Assembly (NCBI RefSeq): GCF_015852565.1
Contig: NC_136191.1
Coordinates: 11,976,578 to 12,040,577 of the forward strand
DNA: 64,000 bases
Reading direction: 5' to 3'
Source: Branchiostoma floridae
Lineage: Eukaryota
The notes under the pieces were generated by a model. That model did no database searches and was not told where the DNA came from. It worked only from the letters and a program-made list of their open reading frames with translations. Shown piece by piece: positions 36,459 to 47,547 of this stretch (position 1 is the stretch's first letter; every line of letters starts with the position of its first letter). The position numbers and the translations under genes were made by a program.

Positions 36459-38079
36459 TATTCTGGCACATTATATATCATCAAGATGTGTAGTACTCTG
36501 TGTCAATTTTATACTCCTACATTTTGTTCAATGTTCCCGATGTCATGACCTACATAGATAAGGAACTTATCATTTTGTTTCCAATGGATATTAAATTACA
36601 ATGTTATAGCACTGCCAGAACTGACAACTACATGGTACATTCAGATAATGCTTGTACATGTACCTTAATTCAATAATATAGACCAAATAAATGTACACTC
36701 ACACAATGTAATACATACATGTACATGGCTTTCCTTTTCCTTTGAATGCCATCATTGCATGACATTTATAGAGTTTGAACATTTTACAGCCTGGAACTTA
36801 AACAAAGATAAGCTTGGTGGAAAACAACAACAAAAGAAAGACTGGTATCAAGAAACAAGAGGCAGAACACCCAGGAAAAATATAAGCTGCCAGTAGAAGG
36901 TGGTAAAATGGATTGATTGACTTATTTAGTGCTCAATCAATTAGAATATTCAGAATTCAATACAAAGAAATAATTATGAGTTTGTATACACAATGACATC
37001 ATGAAAATCAGTACTGAAGTGCCAGAAAACAACAAACTTTCTAGGTGTCTGAAATTCCAAATATTTCAGCAAATATTGTAGTAATTTCTCTAAGTCTAAG
37101 ACACATCAACTAGCAAATATCATTCATGAAAATTGATTCTTTGCTACAAAACAATTCATTACTTGTACATTTTCTGAAATTCCAAAGAACATCCTAGCAA
37201 TTTGTCTAAGACACATTAACCAAGAGTTGACAGTAACTGAGCTTTTTAAGTTTATAGAGTTAATGTTTCTGAAGATCCCCCGGCTCATTCAAACTGCTGT
37301 GTATCCTCTCTAATGCTCAGTTGGATACAAATCTCACATCTATACAGTCTGTAACAATTTAAACATTTGCCCAAAATAACAAACTGATTGACTGGGTAAA
37401 CGCTTTTCTACAAAAAAGGAGTGGAATTAACCCAGCTGTGAGAATTGCCTTGGACATATGGTTCGAAGAGTCTTAGAGTGTGCCAAAAATACTGCTTCAA
37501 TTGTAGCAATTGAAAAACATCTATACATGTATATGAAATGCTGGCTCCTATTTACAATTTTGTATTTGAATAATTAAATGTTATATATTGCTTAGATACT
37601 CCAGCAGGAAGAGGACAGTTTTACCAGTGTCCACCAAGCAATGGTCTCGGGACCATGGATAAGCAATGTCAACATACAATATATTTGCTGTTTTAGTATG
37701 ATGGAAAACATATTCATGACATACTGTCAAGGTTTGCACACTTGTTAATCCTGTAAGCTTTGTATCAAAACAAAAGGTCTGGGTCTTTAAAAGGATTATA
37801 TGGATGTAACAGTTAGTCCTTTTGATGACGAAATGGCTTCAATATTTTGTCAATGGCAAAAAACATTTAATTTACCAAGAATAACACTACACATACAGAT
37901 ATGGTGCTTTTCAATACTTCTGATCAAGTCTGTTGCTGATAACTTAATCAATGTCTGACTTTACTTCACATTTTATTTAACATGTAACACAAGGGTAACA
38001 CAAGGAGTAGAAAACATTGCTGTAGTCACTCTGCCTAAAGTACTGCTCCATTTTACATGGATAACGACTGTTTGCTTTG

Positions 38080-38232
38080 TTATAGCGTGGGACCAGGTTG
38101 CCGTGCGGAAGAAAAGCCGAGTCCAACTCCCTTCTGGGTGTGAGTCGTGCCCCGTGCAAACTCGTACTGCGCCTCCAGAGAACGGAACAGTTTCTCCTGC
38201 TCCTGTTGGATGTCTGGTCCCTCTGCTGGGCC
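38080..38232 (-). CDS. RSRC2-like: RSRC2-like terminal exon (GPAEGPDIQQEQEKLFRSLEAQYEFARGTTHTQKGVGLGFSSARQPGPTL, stop)
   Basis: A ttttcag acceptor. Matches the human RSRC2 tail QQEEVFRNLDAQYEMARSQTHTQRGMGLGFTSS. TAA stop at 38082-38080. Confidence 0.8.
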   Translation of the reverse strand, partial: GPAEGPDIQQEQEKLFRSLEAQYEFARGTTHTQKGVGLGFSSARQPGPTL

Positions 38233-38604
38233 CTGAAAACAGATCAACAATATCTAACTCAAAGTCCACTGACAACTACAGACAACTACAACATTCATGT
38301 TGGCCACTTCTGTGATCTAACAAATATGGCTAAAACAGAAGTATTGGGGATGATTGGGAAAGGTAAAAAAGACAGCCTAGACTGCAACAAAACAGAGGTG
38401 GCAAATGTGACTGTACTCAGAGATCAAGAGTTAAAGGAACAGATTTTGATATGTAACAGCAAAGCAAGTTGAGGGCTTGACCATGCCTTAGATAAATATA
38501 AAGCTCTTTGACAGCTTTCTTTCTTTCTTTCTTTATTCATTAAAATCAACCTTACAGAGATTAATTACAACTGTGACTTGTGAAAGTAATTAACATGGAC
38601 ATAC

Positions 38605-38724
38605 ATGACTTGCCCCACTGCCTGATGCCTCTCCATGGATTCCCATCAGTCGGCGGAACTTCGCCTGCGTGGCCTCGTCATGGAACTTGGTTTTATCCCA
38701 GACAGTACCCGCAGGAGCATCACC
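38605..38724 (-). CDS. RSRC2-like: RSRC2-like SMAP-domain exon (GDAPAGTVWDKTKFHDEATQAKFRRLMGIHGEASGSGASH)
   Basis: A tatcttag acceptor and a CAT|GTATGT donor. The KF(R/L)RLMGI motif is typical of the SMAP (small acidic protein) domain found at the RSRC2 C-terminus. Confidence 0.75.
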
Positions 38725-39090
38725 CTAAGATACACATACAGAGGGGGTACTCAATTATCAAATAACTAAAACAGTCAACATGTTGGTACATGCTAATGAA
38801 TGACAAAGCGATTTAAATATTGTTATTCATTTAAGCCAGAGAGGAAAACAAATATATTGCTGCGTGCAACTCCATCAGGGAAAGAACATCACAGAATCCA
38901 TTCAAATGGATCCAAACTACTATGCAACAAAAAAGAAAGTTGTAAAGACCCAATGAGCTAGAGCTCCATTTGATTGTACATATTGTTGGATTACAACTAC
39001 AGATACTTTATCATAGCAATAGCAATAGCAGCTATCAGGTGATAAAATCTAAAGTAACCCAGCATGATGTCACAAGGTCTGTAGACCTAC

Positions 39091-39192
39091 CTCTTTCTTC
39101 TCCTTCTTGCCAGCCCAGAGCAGTTTTCTTTTCTGCATCTGTTCTGCATACTTCATGGGGTTCACTGCAGTTGGGTTGTAGTAACTTGGTAC
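39091..39192 (-). CDS. RSRC2-like: RSRC2-like exon (VPSYYNPTAVNPMKYAEQMQKRKLLWAGKKEKKE)
   Basis: A gttggccag acceptor and a GAG|GTAGGT donor, 34 codons. Resembles the conserved RSRC2 NP..KYAEQMQKRKLLW block (from memory). Confidence 0.75.
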
Positions 39193-39415
39193 CTGGCCAA
39201 CACACATATAATGGGCAGTCATGAACTGTTACATTTAGTAAACTACTAGTATGCAAACCTTCTAAGTTGAAATTTTGTGTGTTAAAAAAAAAGATTCCAG
39301 TATTAGGACCACAGGACTGATGACTTTGAGAGACTTTGAATACAGACTAAAGACTGGTGAAGCACAGTCTTATGTAGTATGAAGGTTTCACCTGTATGCC
39401 TGTCTCAGCAGCTAC

Positions 39416-39525
39416 CTTCATCTGCATGGCCCTGGCAGCTGCACACACGGCCTCCTGGGGCGTCACCTGCTGTCCTGCCAGCAGGGGGTTCACTCCAGCG
39501 ATGGAGGGGGGCGCACCTGCAGCAG
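39416..39525 (-). CDS. RSRC2-like: RSRC2-like exon (AAGAPPSIAGVNPLLAGQQVTPQEAVCAAARAMQMK)
   Basis: A tatgtatttcag acceptor and a GAAG|GTAGCT donor. Phase 1 in, phase 0 out. Confidence 0.7.
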
Positions 39526-39667
39526 CTGAAATACATACAGGTGCACATCTTTTTGGAATGCAGGAATGCAGGAATGCAAGACAAAAATGTCATAAGACTC
39601 AATGACAAAGCATGAGAATGATTTCTTACAATATCTTGACATGTGTAAAGTATCAACACTGTCCAAC

Positions 39668-39885
39668 CTTCACCACTCTCCAGTTTAGCCTCCATCTCAG
39701 CCTTTTCTCGTTCGGCCTTTTCCTGCTGTTTTTTCTTGGCTCGCTCCAGCCTCCTGCGCAGAGCGTCCTGTGCGTCCAGGGCAGGGTCACCGGTTGGACT
39801 GGCGCTACCGGAGGAGGAACGTGACCGGTCCCGATGACCTGGGCTGCGACGGCGCCCACGTCCCCGCCCGCGACCACGCATGCCC
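39668..39885 (-). CDS. RSRC2-like: RSRC2-like exon: RG/RS repeats followed by a coiled-coil (RRRLERAKKKQQEKAEREKAEMEAKLESGE)
   Basis: A ccccacag acceptor and a GAAG|GTTGGA donor. Anchored to the minus ORF 39405..39980. Confidence 0.75.
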
Positions 39886-40291
39886 CTGTGGGGACTAAAC
39901 ACAAACATTGTGTACTCATTTATGTAAGGAATTGGAAATAAAATGTGAGCTTCTGTAAAGAGACTTATGTTGTAAGACACATTTTTGGTGGGTACAGTGT
40001 TCTATAAGAGATTCTTTAGGCAAAAATATTTTTCGAAGGAAAGAGATGGCTAATGCCATTAAATCCTAGTGGATGCATTCTTTGTAATGCTTTCTAGATG
40101 CAGTCTTCTACAATAATTAATAACATGACTATGTCACATTAAGAAAATTATAGTCTGTGTGACGCGAAGACTGCTATCCTAAGCTGTAACTGGCCCCTCC
40201 TCGCTAGGAGGTCGGCTGATGTTGGGCGGGCTGCTATAAGCAAGATTTAATCAGGCTAAGAAAATTACATATAACAAGATATAGAACCAAC

Positions 40292-40639
40292 CTTCTCCGA
40301 CGAGGGGGTGACCTCCGATGATCTCTCCTGGGTATGGGTGACCTCGAATGACGCCTCCTTGGAGATCTTGACCTTTTGCGTACAAATGGTGAGCGCGACC
40401 GTGACCTCCTACGAGGAGATCTTGACTGCTTCTGTGGTGATCTTGAATGCCTTCTGGGTGATCTTGACCTTGATTTTGAGCCCCTGTGATGAGGTGACTT
40501 GGATCTAGCTGGGCTGAGCGACCTGGATCTTGATTTTGTATGCTTCTTTGACCCTGATTTTGATCTGTGAGGAGTGGGTGATCTTGATGATGAATGCCTC
40601 CTGTCTGGAGATGGTGACTTGGAACGCCTCCGTGCCTCT
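40292..40639 (-). CDS. RSRC2-like: RSRC2-like second RS-domain exon (EARRRSKSPSPDRRHSSSRSPTPHRSKS...RSPPRRRR)
   Basis: A ctgatttgtag acceptor and a GAAG|GTTGGT donor. The phase joins AG+A to the previous exon. Its mirror image appears as the plus ORFs 40308..40508 and 40530..40784. Confidence 0.7.
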
Positions 40640-40827
40640 CTACAAATCAGAGAAACACAGGAATATTATTAGATGTTTTATCAGATTTTTCAGGAATTTT
40701 GACAACAATCAATATCGAGCCTTCCTTGGCGGTCACAAGATCAATCTTTTAACTGATACAAACCTTGATAGAACTAAAATGTAGAAAATCAGAAATGTTT
40801 TCACTGACAAAAGCATATTTCATACAA

Positions 40828-41172
40828 CAGGGCTCGAAATACTTTTTTCTGCATACCCGCACTGGTGTAGGCAACATTGAAAATCACAGGTGCACCAGAC
40901 AAATTCTACCTGCACCACTCTGAATTCAGGAAGTATGGATACCAAAGTTGTTCCATTGCTGTTTTTTCTTTGAATACTTTAAATTATAGTCAATGCATGT
41001 AACAGTCTATGCAGCTGATAACAATCTACATACGTCTACATCATAAGACATTTATATTCAAAACCCATTACATGGACCAGTGCAGGTTAGGTGCAGGTAG
41101 ACACCTGAAATACCTGCACAGCTCCAATTTACCTGCACTAACCTGCATATGCAGGTGGTATTTCGAGCCCTG
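40828..41172. mobile_element. MITE family A copy 1 (345 bp) in an RSRC2-like intron; TIR CAGGGCTCGAAATAC / GTATTTCGAGCCCTG; 5-bp TSD TACAA
   Basis: Perfect 15-bp terminal inverted repeats. Subterminal TGCAGGT/TGCACC reiterations. Identical TACAA sequences directly flank both ends. Confidence 0.75.
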
Positions 41173-41372
41173 TACAAGGAATCTTACTGATCCCATAGCT
41201 CAATCCACCCCTTCTACACTTCAACCAAAATATATGACTGCAAATCTTTAATAACAAAATTGCTGCCATCATCCAAAAGAAGTAGCCACTCTCTTACTGA
41301 CTAAACTTATCACTATTTGATATAAAACAGCTATTGTTTTATACATTACATACAAAGGAGACTTGAACATAC

Positions 41373-41971
41373 CTGGGGGGTGACCTTGAACGTGATCTCC
41401 GTCGTCTCCTGTCTGGTGACCTGCGCGAGTCCCTCCTGTCCTTGGGTCTGCCTTTCTCCCAGTCTCGAGACGACCTCCGAACTGGACTGTCCCGTGAACC
41501 ACGTGCCCCGTCGCGAGAACGCCGTCTCCTGTCCGGAGATTTCAGTCTGTGCCTCCCCTCTGGAGACCCCTTACTCCTGTGTGCCTTCTTCTTTGGCGAC
41601 CTAGACCTCTTACGCTTTGGAGAAGGGCTTCTTGATGATCTTGAACCTTTATAACCCTTCCTGGGTGAGACAGACCTTCTGGGTGATGGTGACTGCGATG
41701 TCCTTGACCGTCTTGGTGACCTTGAAACTTTTGGTAAACTCCTTGGTGATCTCGACCTTTTAGGAGACCTTGACATCTTGGATTTACTGGGAGACTTGGA
41801 GTATCTTGGGCTGTTCTTATTGTGAGACTTCTCTCGCTGATCCACAGGTGAATGAGACTTCCGTGGACTCACACTTGCTGACCTCGATGATTCTCGTTGT
41901 CTTCTTGGGGATGGGCTACGATCAGATGCCGGGGATGCACCAGAGAGACGTCTGTCTGTTACAGACTTGTC
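41373..41971 (-). CDS. RSRC2-like: RSRC2-like large RS-domain exon (Ser/Arg/Pro-rich; SPRKSHSPVDQ...RSRSRSPPR)
   Basis: A ttcttcccaaaacag acceptor at 41972 and a CAG|GTATGT donor at 41372. ~200 aa of SR/SP dipeptide repeats. Anchored to the minus ORF 41339..41872. Confidence 0.7.
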
Positions 41972-43726
41972 CTGTTTTGGGAAGAAGTGGCGTCTTACAA
42001 GGGATAATGCAACAAAACAAAATTAGTATCAAGAAGTGGCAAAGTTGTCCACCTGGAAGAGAAACAGACTAGAAGCGAAGTTAAAGATTCTTTCATTAAT
42101 CCAAACAACAACTCATTTCTTTGCTTGTTGTGTGAGTTTTTATTTTATTTTTGCCATTGAACTCATTCCTCATACAGGTAGTCCAAGCTTTGCACCAGAA
42201 ATCGTAGGGTTTTGTAAGATACTAAACAATACAAACCCTGATACTTTTGTTAAAATGTGTTTATTTTAGTATAGAGTATGTAGGAATGCTGATGCCGAAA
42301 ACTGTGTTTTGTTAAGTGAGGGTTTCAAATCCTTTGTACTCAATTCTATCTACATACTACATAGCCAAAGACCATATTATTGTGTTCTTTTTTTTTCATT
42401 TCAAAGGCAGGCAAGGATAAGCATGATCACAGTGAGGAGTACCAAACAAATAACCGTCTCAGTCTTTCTTGTTACAAACCAAATGAAAGATAGACCTATG
42501 ACTTACATATCACAATAGTACACAATACGATGAAGAATAGATACTTTTGCATACATAAGAAGACTCACTCTGAGATGTGTACAGACACCAAGCAGCTATT
42601 TACCTGTAGCAGCCACTGGTCTAACAAGAAGGGCCGGATGCTTTTGTCCCGGCCAGCTTCACTCGGAGTACTGGGCTCGCCGAGGCATGGTTTAAGCTGG
42701 TGCATAGTTCAGCAATTATAGAGGTGTTATTATGTGTTATTACATCTCTTCCACTGTACTATGACAGTAGGCTATGCTTCAGTGCTCCTTCCAAGTGTGT
42801 ACTTACATCATCTGAGATGGTAACTGATAGCTGTTGTACTTATATGCTACACTCACCTCCAGAATTTGTATGGAATTTGTATCTCTAGTGATAAAGCAAC
42901 ATACAAAAAAATCTTTGGAAATACAGACATTCTAGGAGAGATTCAAGAGAATAATTGCACCAAAGTTGAGCTGTAACCTCTATCCACATGTGGAAAATAA
43001 ACATCATCTTTGCAAATTGTACTATTATATAAAGATTACTACATAAAAAAATAGCTGGTGTGTTATGCCAAAGGGTAGTTACAGCTGCTATATCCATACA
43101 GATACAGATAAAATATGAATTTCAAGGCTTTTAACATGTAGACAGAGGTCCAGTCAATCCTGGAACAATTTTTAGCCATGTGAAAAGAACATCTGAGAGA
43201 ACATCTGTGTACTACGAGTTTTTCATGCATATGAAACTAGAAACCACATAATATCTCAATCCAAAGTTAGAAAACTAGTTGTTCTCCACTGCCATGGAAG
43301 ATATCCTGTGGGCAAAATGTTGTTAATTTTCCTGGACTAGTTCTTGTTAGCACAAACATACAAAACTACAATCTCTAACTATCAGTATAATAAACAAAGC
43401 ATGCATATCCACAGGCTGTGACAGAAATATTACATGTATACAACAAACCAGAATAGATCACTGTTGGAATTTGGGTCAAACTTGACTGACAAGTCTAACG
43501 ATATCCCAGATGATATTAATACGTACAATGGATTACATACAGAACTTGAAAACTAAGCATTTGCTGTGACTTTACAGTCATCGTTATAATCCCCAAATCA
43601 ATTTTTCATGGTACTGTATGTGCAACCCTGCATTACTTAAGCATAAAATGATAAAATCAATACAATAGCATGCTTGGCCGTTAGTTACAACTTACAAGCC
43701 TCTGAATGTAAAAGAGACAACTTTAC

Positions 43727-43849
43727 CTCTGGGTCTTGCTGTAGGTCAGACATCTCAGCCTCCAGACCACTAGAACTAGCAGCTGCCTTCTGGCCTTCTC
43801 TGGTATACTGGGGCAGATTTTCTCGTGGCTGCAGAGTCACAACAGGGAC
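43727..43849 (-). CDS. RSRC2-like: RSRC2-like exon 2 (VPVVTLQPRENLPQYTREGQKAAASSSGLEAEMSDLQQDPE)
   Basis: A tttatag acceptor and a GAG|GTAAAG donor. Open in frame, phase 0/0. No homology support; it rests on splice and frame consistency only. Confidence 0.4.
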
Positions 43850-45396
43850 CTATAAACAATATCACTGACTTTTAAAATACAACTTCAAGGATGTGTTCTA
43901 AATACAAAATTCTTTTATAGTTAATGGCTTGCATGTGTAATGCCCCTGTTAAAGAGTAGCTATAAGACAAAGAATTTAAGTAAACTGGTCTAAAATACAA
44001 GCACAAATATATTCTATAAGTTATAGACTATAACTACAACATGTATAAATAGAGTAAGTTACTTCCTAACCTTCATAAAGAGTTCTGTCTTATCTTGCAA
44101 ACAAAATTGTAAGTTGAATGTGTAATGTTAAAGGGATTTGAATTTTTCATCAGTACAGTACCATCTATATTGCCCTTGGCTTCACACCAAGTGCATAGGC
44201 TATGCTATGCAGCATAGCAATATCAAATCATTGGAAGACTTCTAATTGAACCACCGTAACCCCAAGGTGACACTGACAATGTGCTGTGGAAGCAATTTCC
44301 ATCTCAGACATAATTTGATGAAACCGTACCAGCCAATAAATCATTATCATGCTGAACATTGCTGCTACTGCAGGACTTCATCACGTACTCAGGAGGCACA
44401 TTTGCATGTAATTGAACAGTGTACGGATGTTCCAAATGAAAGGCCATGAAAGTGAAACCCTGCATACTAATGGCAGGGAAGATACAGTATGCTCTACTAG
44501 ATTTAGTAGGTATTGCACAGTTACAGTAGTGCTGTTCCATATCCCAAGAGAAAGATGAATATTATTTTTCATAAGGACCCCTCATGGAATGCGGTGAAGA
44601 AGTTGTTCGCTGTGTTTTAAGTTAATGATCAAATTGGATGTAGTTACACAATCAATGAATGCCAGACTTACTGTCACTTAGCACATGACTCCCTAAACAC
44701 AGGACCTCAATTTAACGTCCCATCCAGACATTATCCGGACAATAAAAGGTGGACATATATAACGTTACAGCTTCTAAATATTACTTTACATGCTAACAAA
44801 GCCTTGTAACTCTAATTCTAACCTATTTTTTTTCTCGGCAAGTATTTATTTAGCAAAGAAATACTTTGAAACTAGAAGTAGGATATATCATATGTGTTAT
44901 GTGTATAAAACTGTATAAACCAAGGGCAATGTCATTTTGACTGTCGCCCTACATTGGGGCGACTTGGTAGTAAATAGCTGGGGGGGAATTGGACTTCGGG
45001 CGACTTGACCTGTAACCTTTGAATTAAAAATACAGGCACCAATTTTCGACCAAGTTGAAATGAAATTTGCACCCCTACACACTCTATTCAAGTTTAACTA
45101 TCCACGTCCTAATATCTTGATTTGTCTGCCTGTGTTACCAAGGTTGAGTCTCTTTTGTAGGAAATATTAATGAAATCATATACGTAACGTTAAGCATATT
45201 CATGTAACATCACAAACATGTATATGGTGGTAGACCGCCATATTTGGCAAGATATGTTTTCATGTTGTTCTCAGTCGGGCGCCCTCGAGGGCTACAAAAC
45301 ATTCAGGGTTTTAGCTCAAAATGTCGCCATAATTGCGTTTATCTGCCACAAATTCTGTCAGAAAGTGTAATACACAGTCTACGCTGTACATCTTAC

Positions 45397-45489
45397 CTGC
45401 TTTTGTGACGGGAAAGTGCGAGGTTTCTCCGTGAAAGCTGAATCATTGGACTCGCTGCCTTCACTATCATACCCAGCCAAGGCGTCCAT
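45397..45489 (-). CDS. RSRC2-like: RSRC2-like gene, candidate first coding exon (MDALAGYDSEGSESNDSAFTEKPRTFPSQKQ)
   Basis: Kozak accaagATGG on the minus strand. A CAG|GTAAGA donor. Phase 0. It joins in frame with the 43849 exon. Head-to-head with MRPL50 ~960 bp away. Confidence 0.45.
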
Positions 45490-46447
45490 CTTGGTGTCTG
45501 GGGACAGTACGTTTGATCATCAGGATTCAGCTGTGATACCAAGGAGCGTTGGTCTCTCGAGTCAACTTTTCATATCGTCAAAACATCCACATTTTGAAAT
45601 ATTTCAATGTTTATCGTAAACTTTTTTGTGGTGTATCTTGAACTCTATCTCTAATATCCATTTGTAACCAATCCCGGATTATCCGTGTATCTGTGAGGTA
45701 ACCCCCCCTGAGTAATATTGCTTTGTCCCTCAAGTAAAGAGGAATCTCGTCTATTCTCGCGATAGCTAATCTCTATACGAGAGTTGTGTCCAAAATGGCT
45801 GCGCCCTTGGTTGGAAAAACGTTTTTCAGGAATTTCTTCATTTTATCGAGAAATTCTCTTCACTTACAAAATGTACTACTTTTTCCCAAGTATCTTTTGC
45901 TCTATACATCACGCACAGTCGGTTTAGGTCTCATTATTTACCGTACATCTTCATGACAATGTTGGCTTTTAAGTAGTGTGCGTGCATACGTCTTTGATGG
46001 GCTGTGTATAATTTTCTAGGTACACCTTCCCGTCCTGAGATGTTGATAACGTTAACAGTAGCAAGGACCCCCTTGGTAGAAGTTATTATTTTGAGACGAG
46101 CTCCACCTGTTTGAGGAGATGTCGTGGGCAGTATATATTGTCGTTAAGTCTTGTGCAAAATTATGCATTGATAGCCATATAAAAGTCTTCTGCAAGTTTC
46201 TGACACAATGTGAATACAACATGTTGCACTAGTGAGGTTTCAAGTGCCACCAAACTGACCATGCCAAATGGTCAACCATTTGGGATAGTGGTTAGCGGCA
46301 TTTGTGAGCTGGGTTTGATTCCTGTCAGCCAGGAGACTATTTCTACTCGGCTCTTCTAGTTGTTTCATTGTAATGACGTTTGAATTTATGTTATGATTTG
46401 TGTTTTTGACTCATAAATTAATGTTTTTTTCTCTAATGTGATTCCCC

Positions 46448-46584
46448 ATGGAACAGGCAGCAGTGTGTGCCAGTAGCCGGGCCTACAGTGAAGGAGGAGG
46501 ACTCCTGTCCAGTCTGTTTGGAGGGTCAGGTGATAAGGACCTAGCAGCAGCTGAACAGGAGGTTCAGGACATTCTGACACAGAG
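46448..46584 (+). CDS. MRPL50: MRPL50 (mitochondrial ribosomal protein L50) exon 1 (MEQAAVCASSRAYSEGGGLLSSLFGGSGDKDLAAAEQEVQDILTQ-)
   Basis: First ATG after an in-frame TGA. A GTGTGT donor at 46585, phase 2. It joins to the PTRKSRAY exon. The N-terminus is not MTS-like, so a further 5' exon is possible. Confidence 0.55.
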
Positions 46585-46715
46585 GTGTGTTAATCAATCA
46601 TCAATGGGTCAGATGCCAACTTAATCTGACCAATGTCTGTTACTGAAATGACAGCAGATCAAGGATGTTATATAACAAGCTGTTTTGTACTTAATTATGC
46701 ATTTCTTGTCTCCAG

Positions 46716-46854
46716 ACCCACAAGAAAGTCTAGAGCATACCAGCCACCACCTGACCTACAGGAGAGATTGGAAGGTATGGCAGCAGAAGTCAGAGGAGGA
46801 CCAACAGAGAACTGGAGAAATGTCAGTGTGGAAAACATCAAGACCAAATTCCAG
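46716..46854 (+). CDS. MRPL50: MRPL50 exon 2 (RPTRKSRAYQPPPDLQERLEGMAAEVRGGPTENWRNVSVENIKTKFQ)
   Basis: Matches human MRPL50 [39 protein letters not shown]. A tcttgtctccag acceptor and a GTATGG donor. Anchored to ORF 46633..46965. Confidence 0.8.
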
Positions 46855-47192
46855 GTATGGAAGTCAGCATCCTCCAGTGGTTTCAAAAACTGTTGCAGTG
46901 TTTTATCTATTGTATACCTATTTATTTATGACTATCTTCAACAGTTGGTATTGTTTTTACCGTGACACTGATTTAGTATGTTTTGACTCGAACCTGATGA
47001 GGGGGATATAACCTTAGTCACATTTGGGACTGCATCTTTTCCATTATAGTGACACCTAGCAAAACCTGTCAGTATTGCACTGAGGAAAGTAGCAGGGCTA
47101 CTGAAATGTTTGCAAGCAATTGCTATTGTTTGTGCCAAGAACCTTAATACCCAGTCCTGTCTGTCTTACTTGTGTATGACTTTGTTTCACAG

Positions 47193-47399
47193 GTTTTATC
47201 AAGATGCTACAAGGAGTTCGGCCATGAAGTTCCTAGTACTGAGCTGGCAAACATGAAAACCTTTCAAGATGTACTAGAGTTCTACAAAACAGCAGTAGTA
47301 GACAGTGATGTTTACAATCAGCTGATTGAAAAAGATCTTCCACCAAATGTCAACATCCAATGGGATGCCTATGATCATCTGGTAAAGAAGGATTCATAG
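47193..47399 (+). CDS. MRPL50: MRPL50 terminal exon (VLSRCYKEFGHEVPSTELANMKTFQDVLEFYKTAVVDSDVYNQLIEKDLPPNVNIQWDAYDHLVKKDS, stop)
   Basis: Matches human MRPL50 [57 protein letters not shown]. A tttgtttcacag acceptor. TAG stop at 47397-47399. Confidence 0.85.
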   Translation, partial: VLSRCYKEFGHEVPSTELANMKTFQDVLEFYKTAVVDSDVYNQLIEKDLPPNVNIQWDAYDHLVKKDS

Positions 47400-47541
47400 G
47401 TGTAAGTTTCTTGCAAAAAAAGAGAACTATTTGAACTGGTAAAATCAATTTGTCTTTTCTGAATGTTTTTCTGTAACCCAACTAGATCAATAGAAGATGA
47501 TCGGGATATATACATACTAAAGATCACTGTGTGATTTGTGT

Positions 47542-47547
47542 GAATAA
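47542..47547 (+). other. AATAAA polyadenylation signal for MRPL50 (~145 nt after the stop)
   Basis: gtgaataaaaaaaattcc. Confidence 0.4.

Noticed and set aside
40308-40784. Plus-strand ORFs 40308..40508 and 40530..40784 (and 41380..41654, 41442..41654)
   Set aside because: They are mirror frames of the minus-strand RS-repeat coding exons. A repetitive AGx/TCx composition keeps the antisense frames open.
45796-45966. Short plus-strand ORF starting ccaaaATGGCTGCGCCC (MAAPLVGKTFFRNFF...)
   Set aside because: It is under 60 aa, with hydrophobic low-complexity translation and no splice continuation. It lies in the presumed bidirectional promoter.
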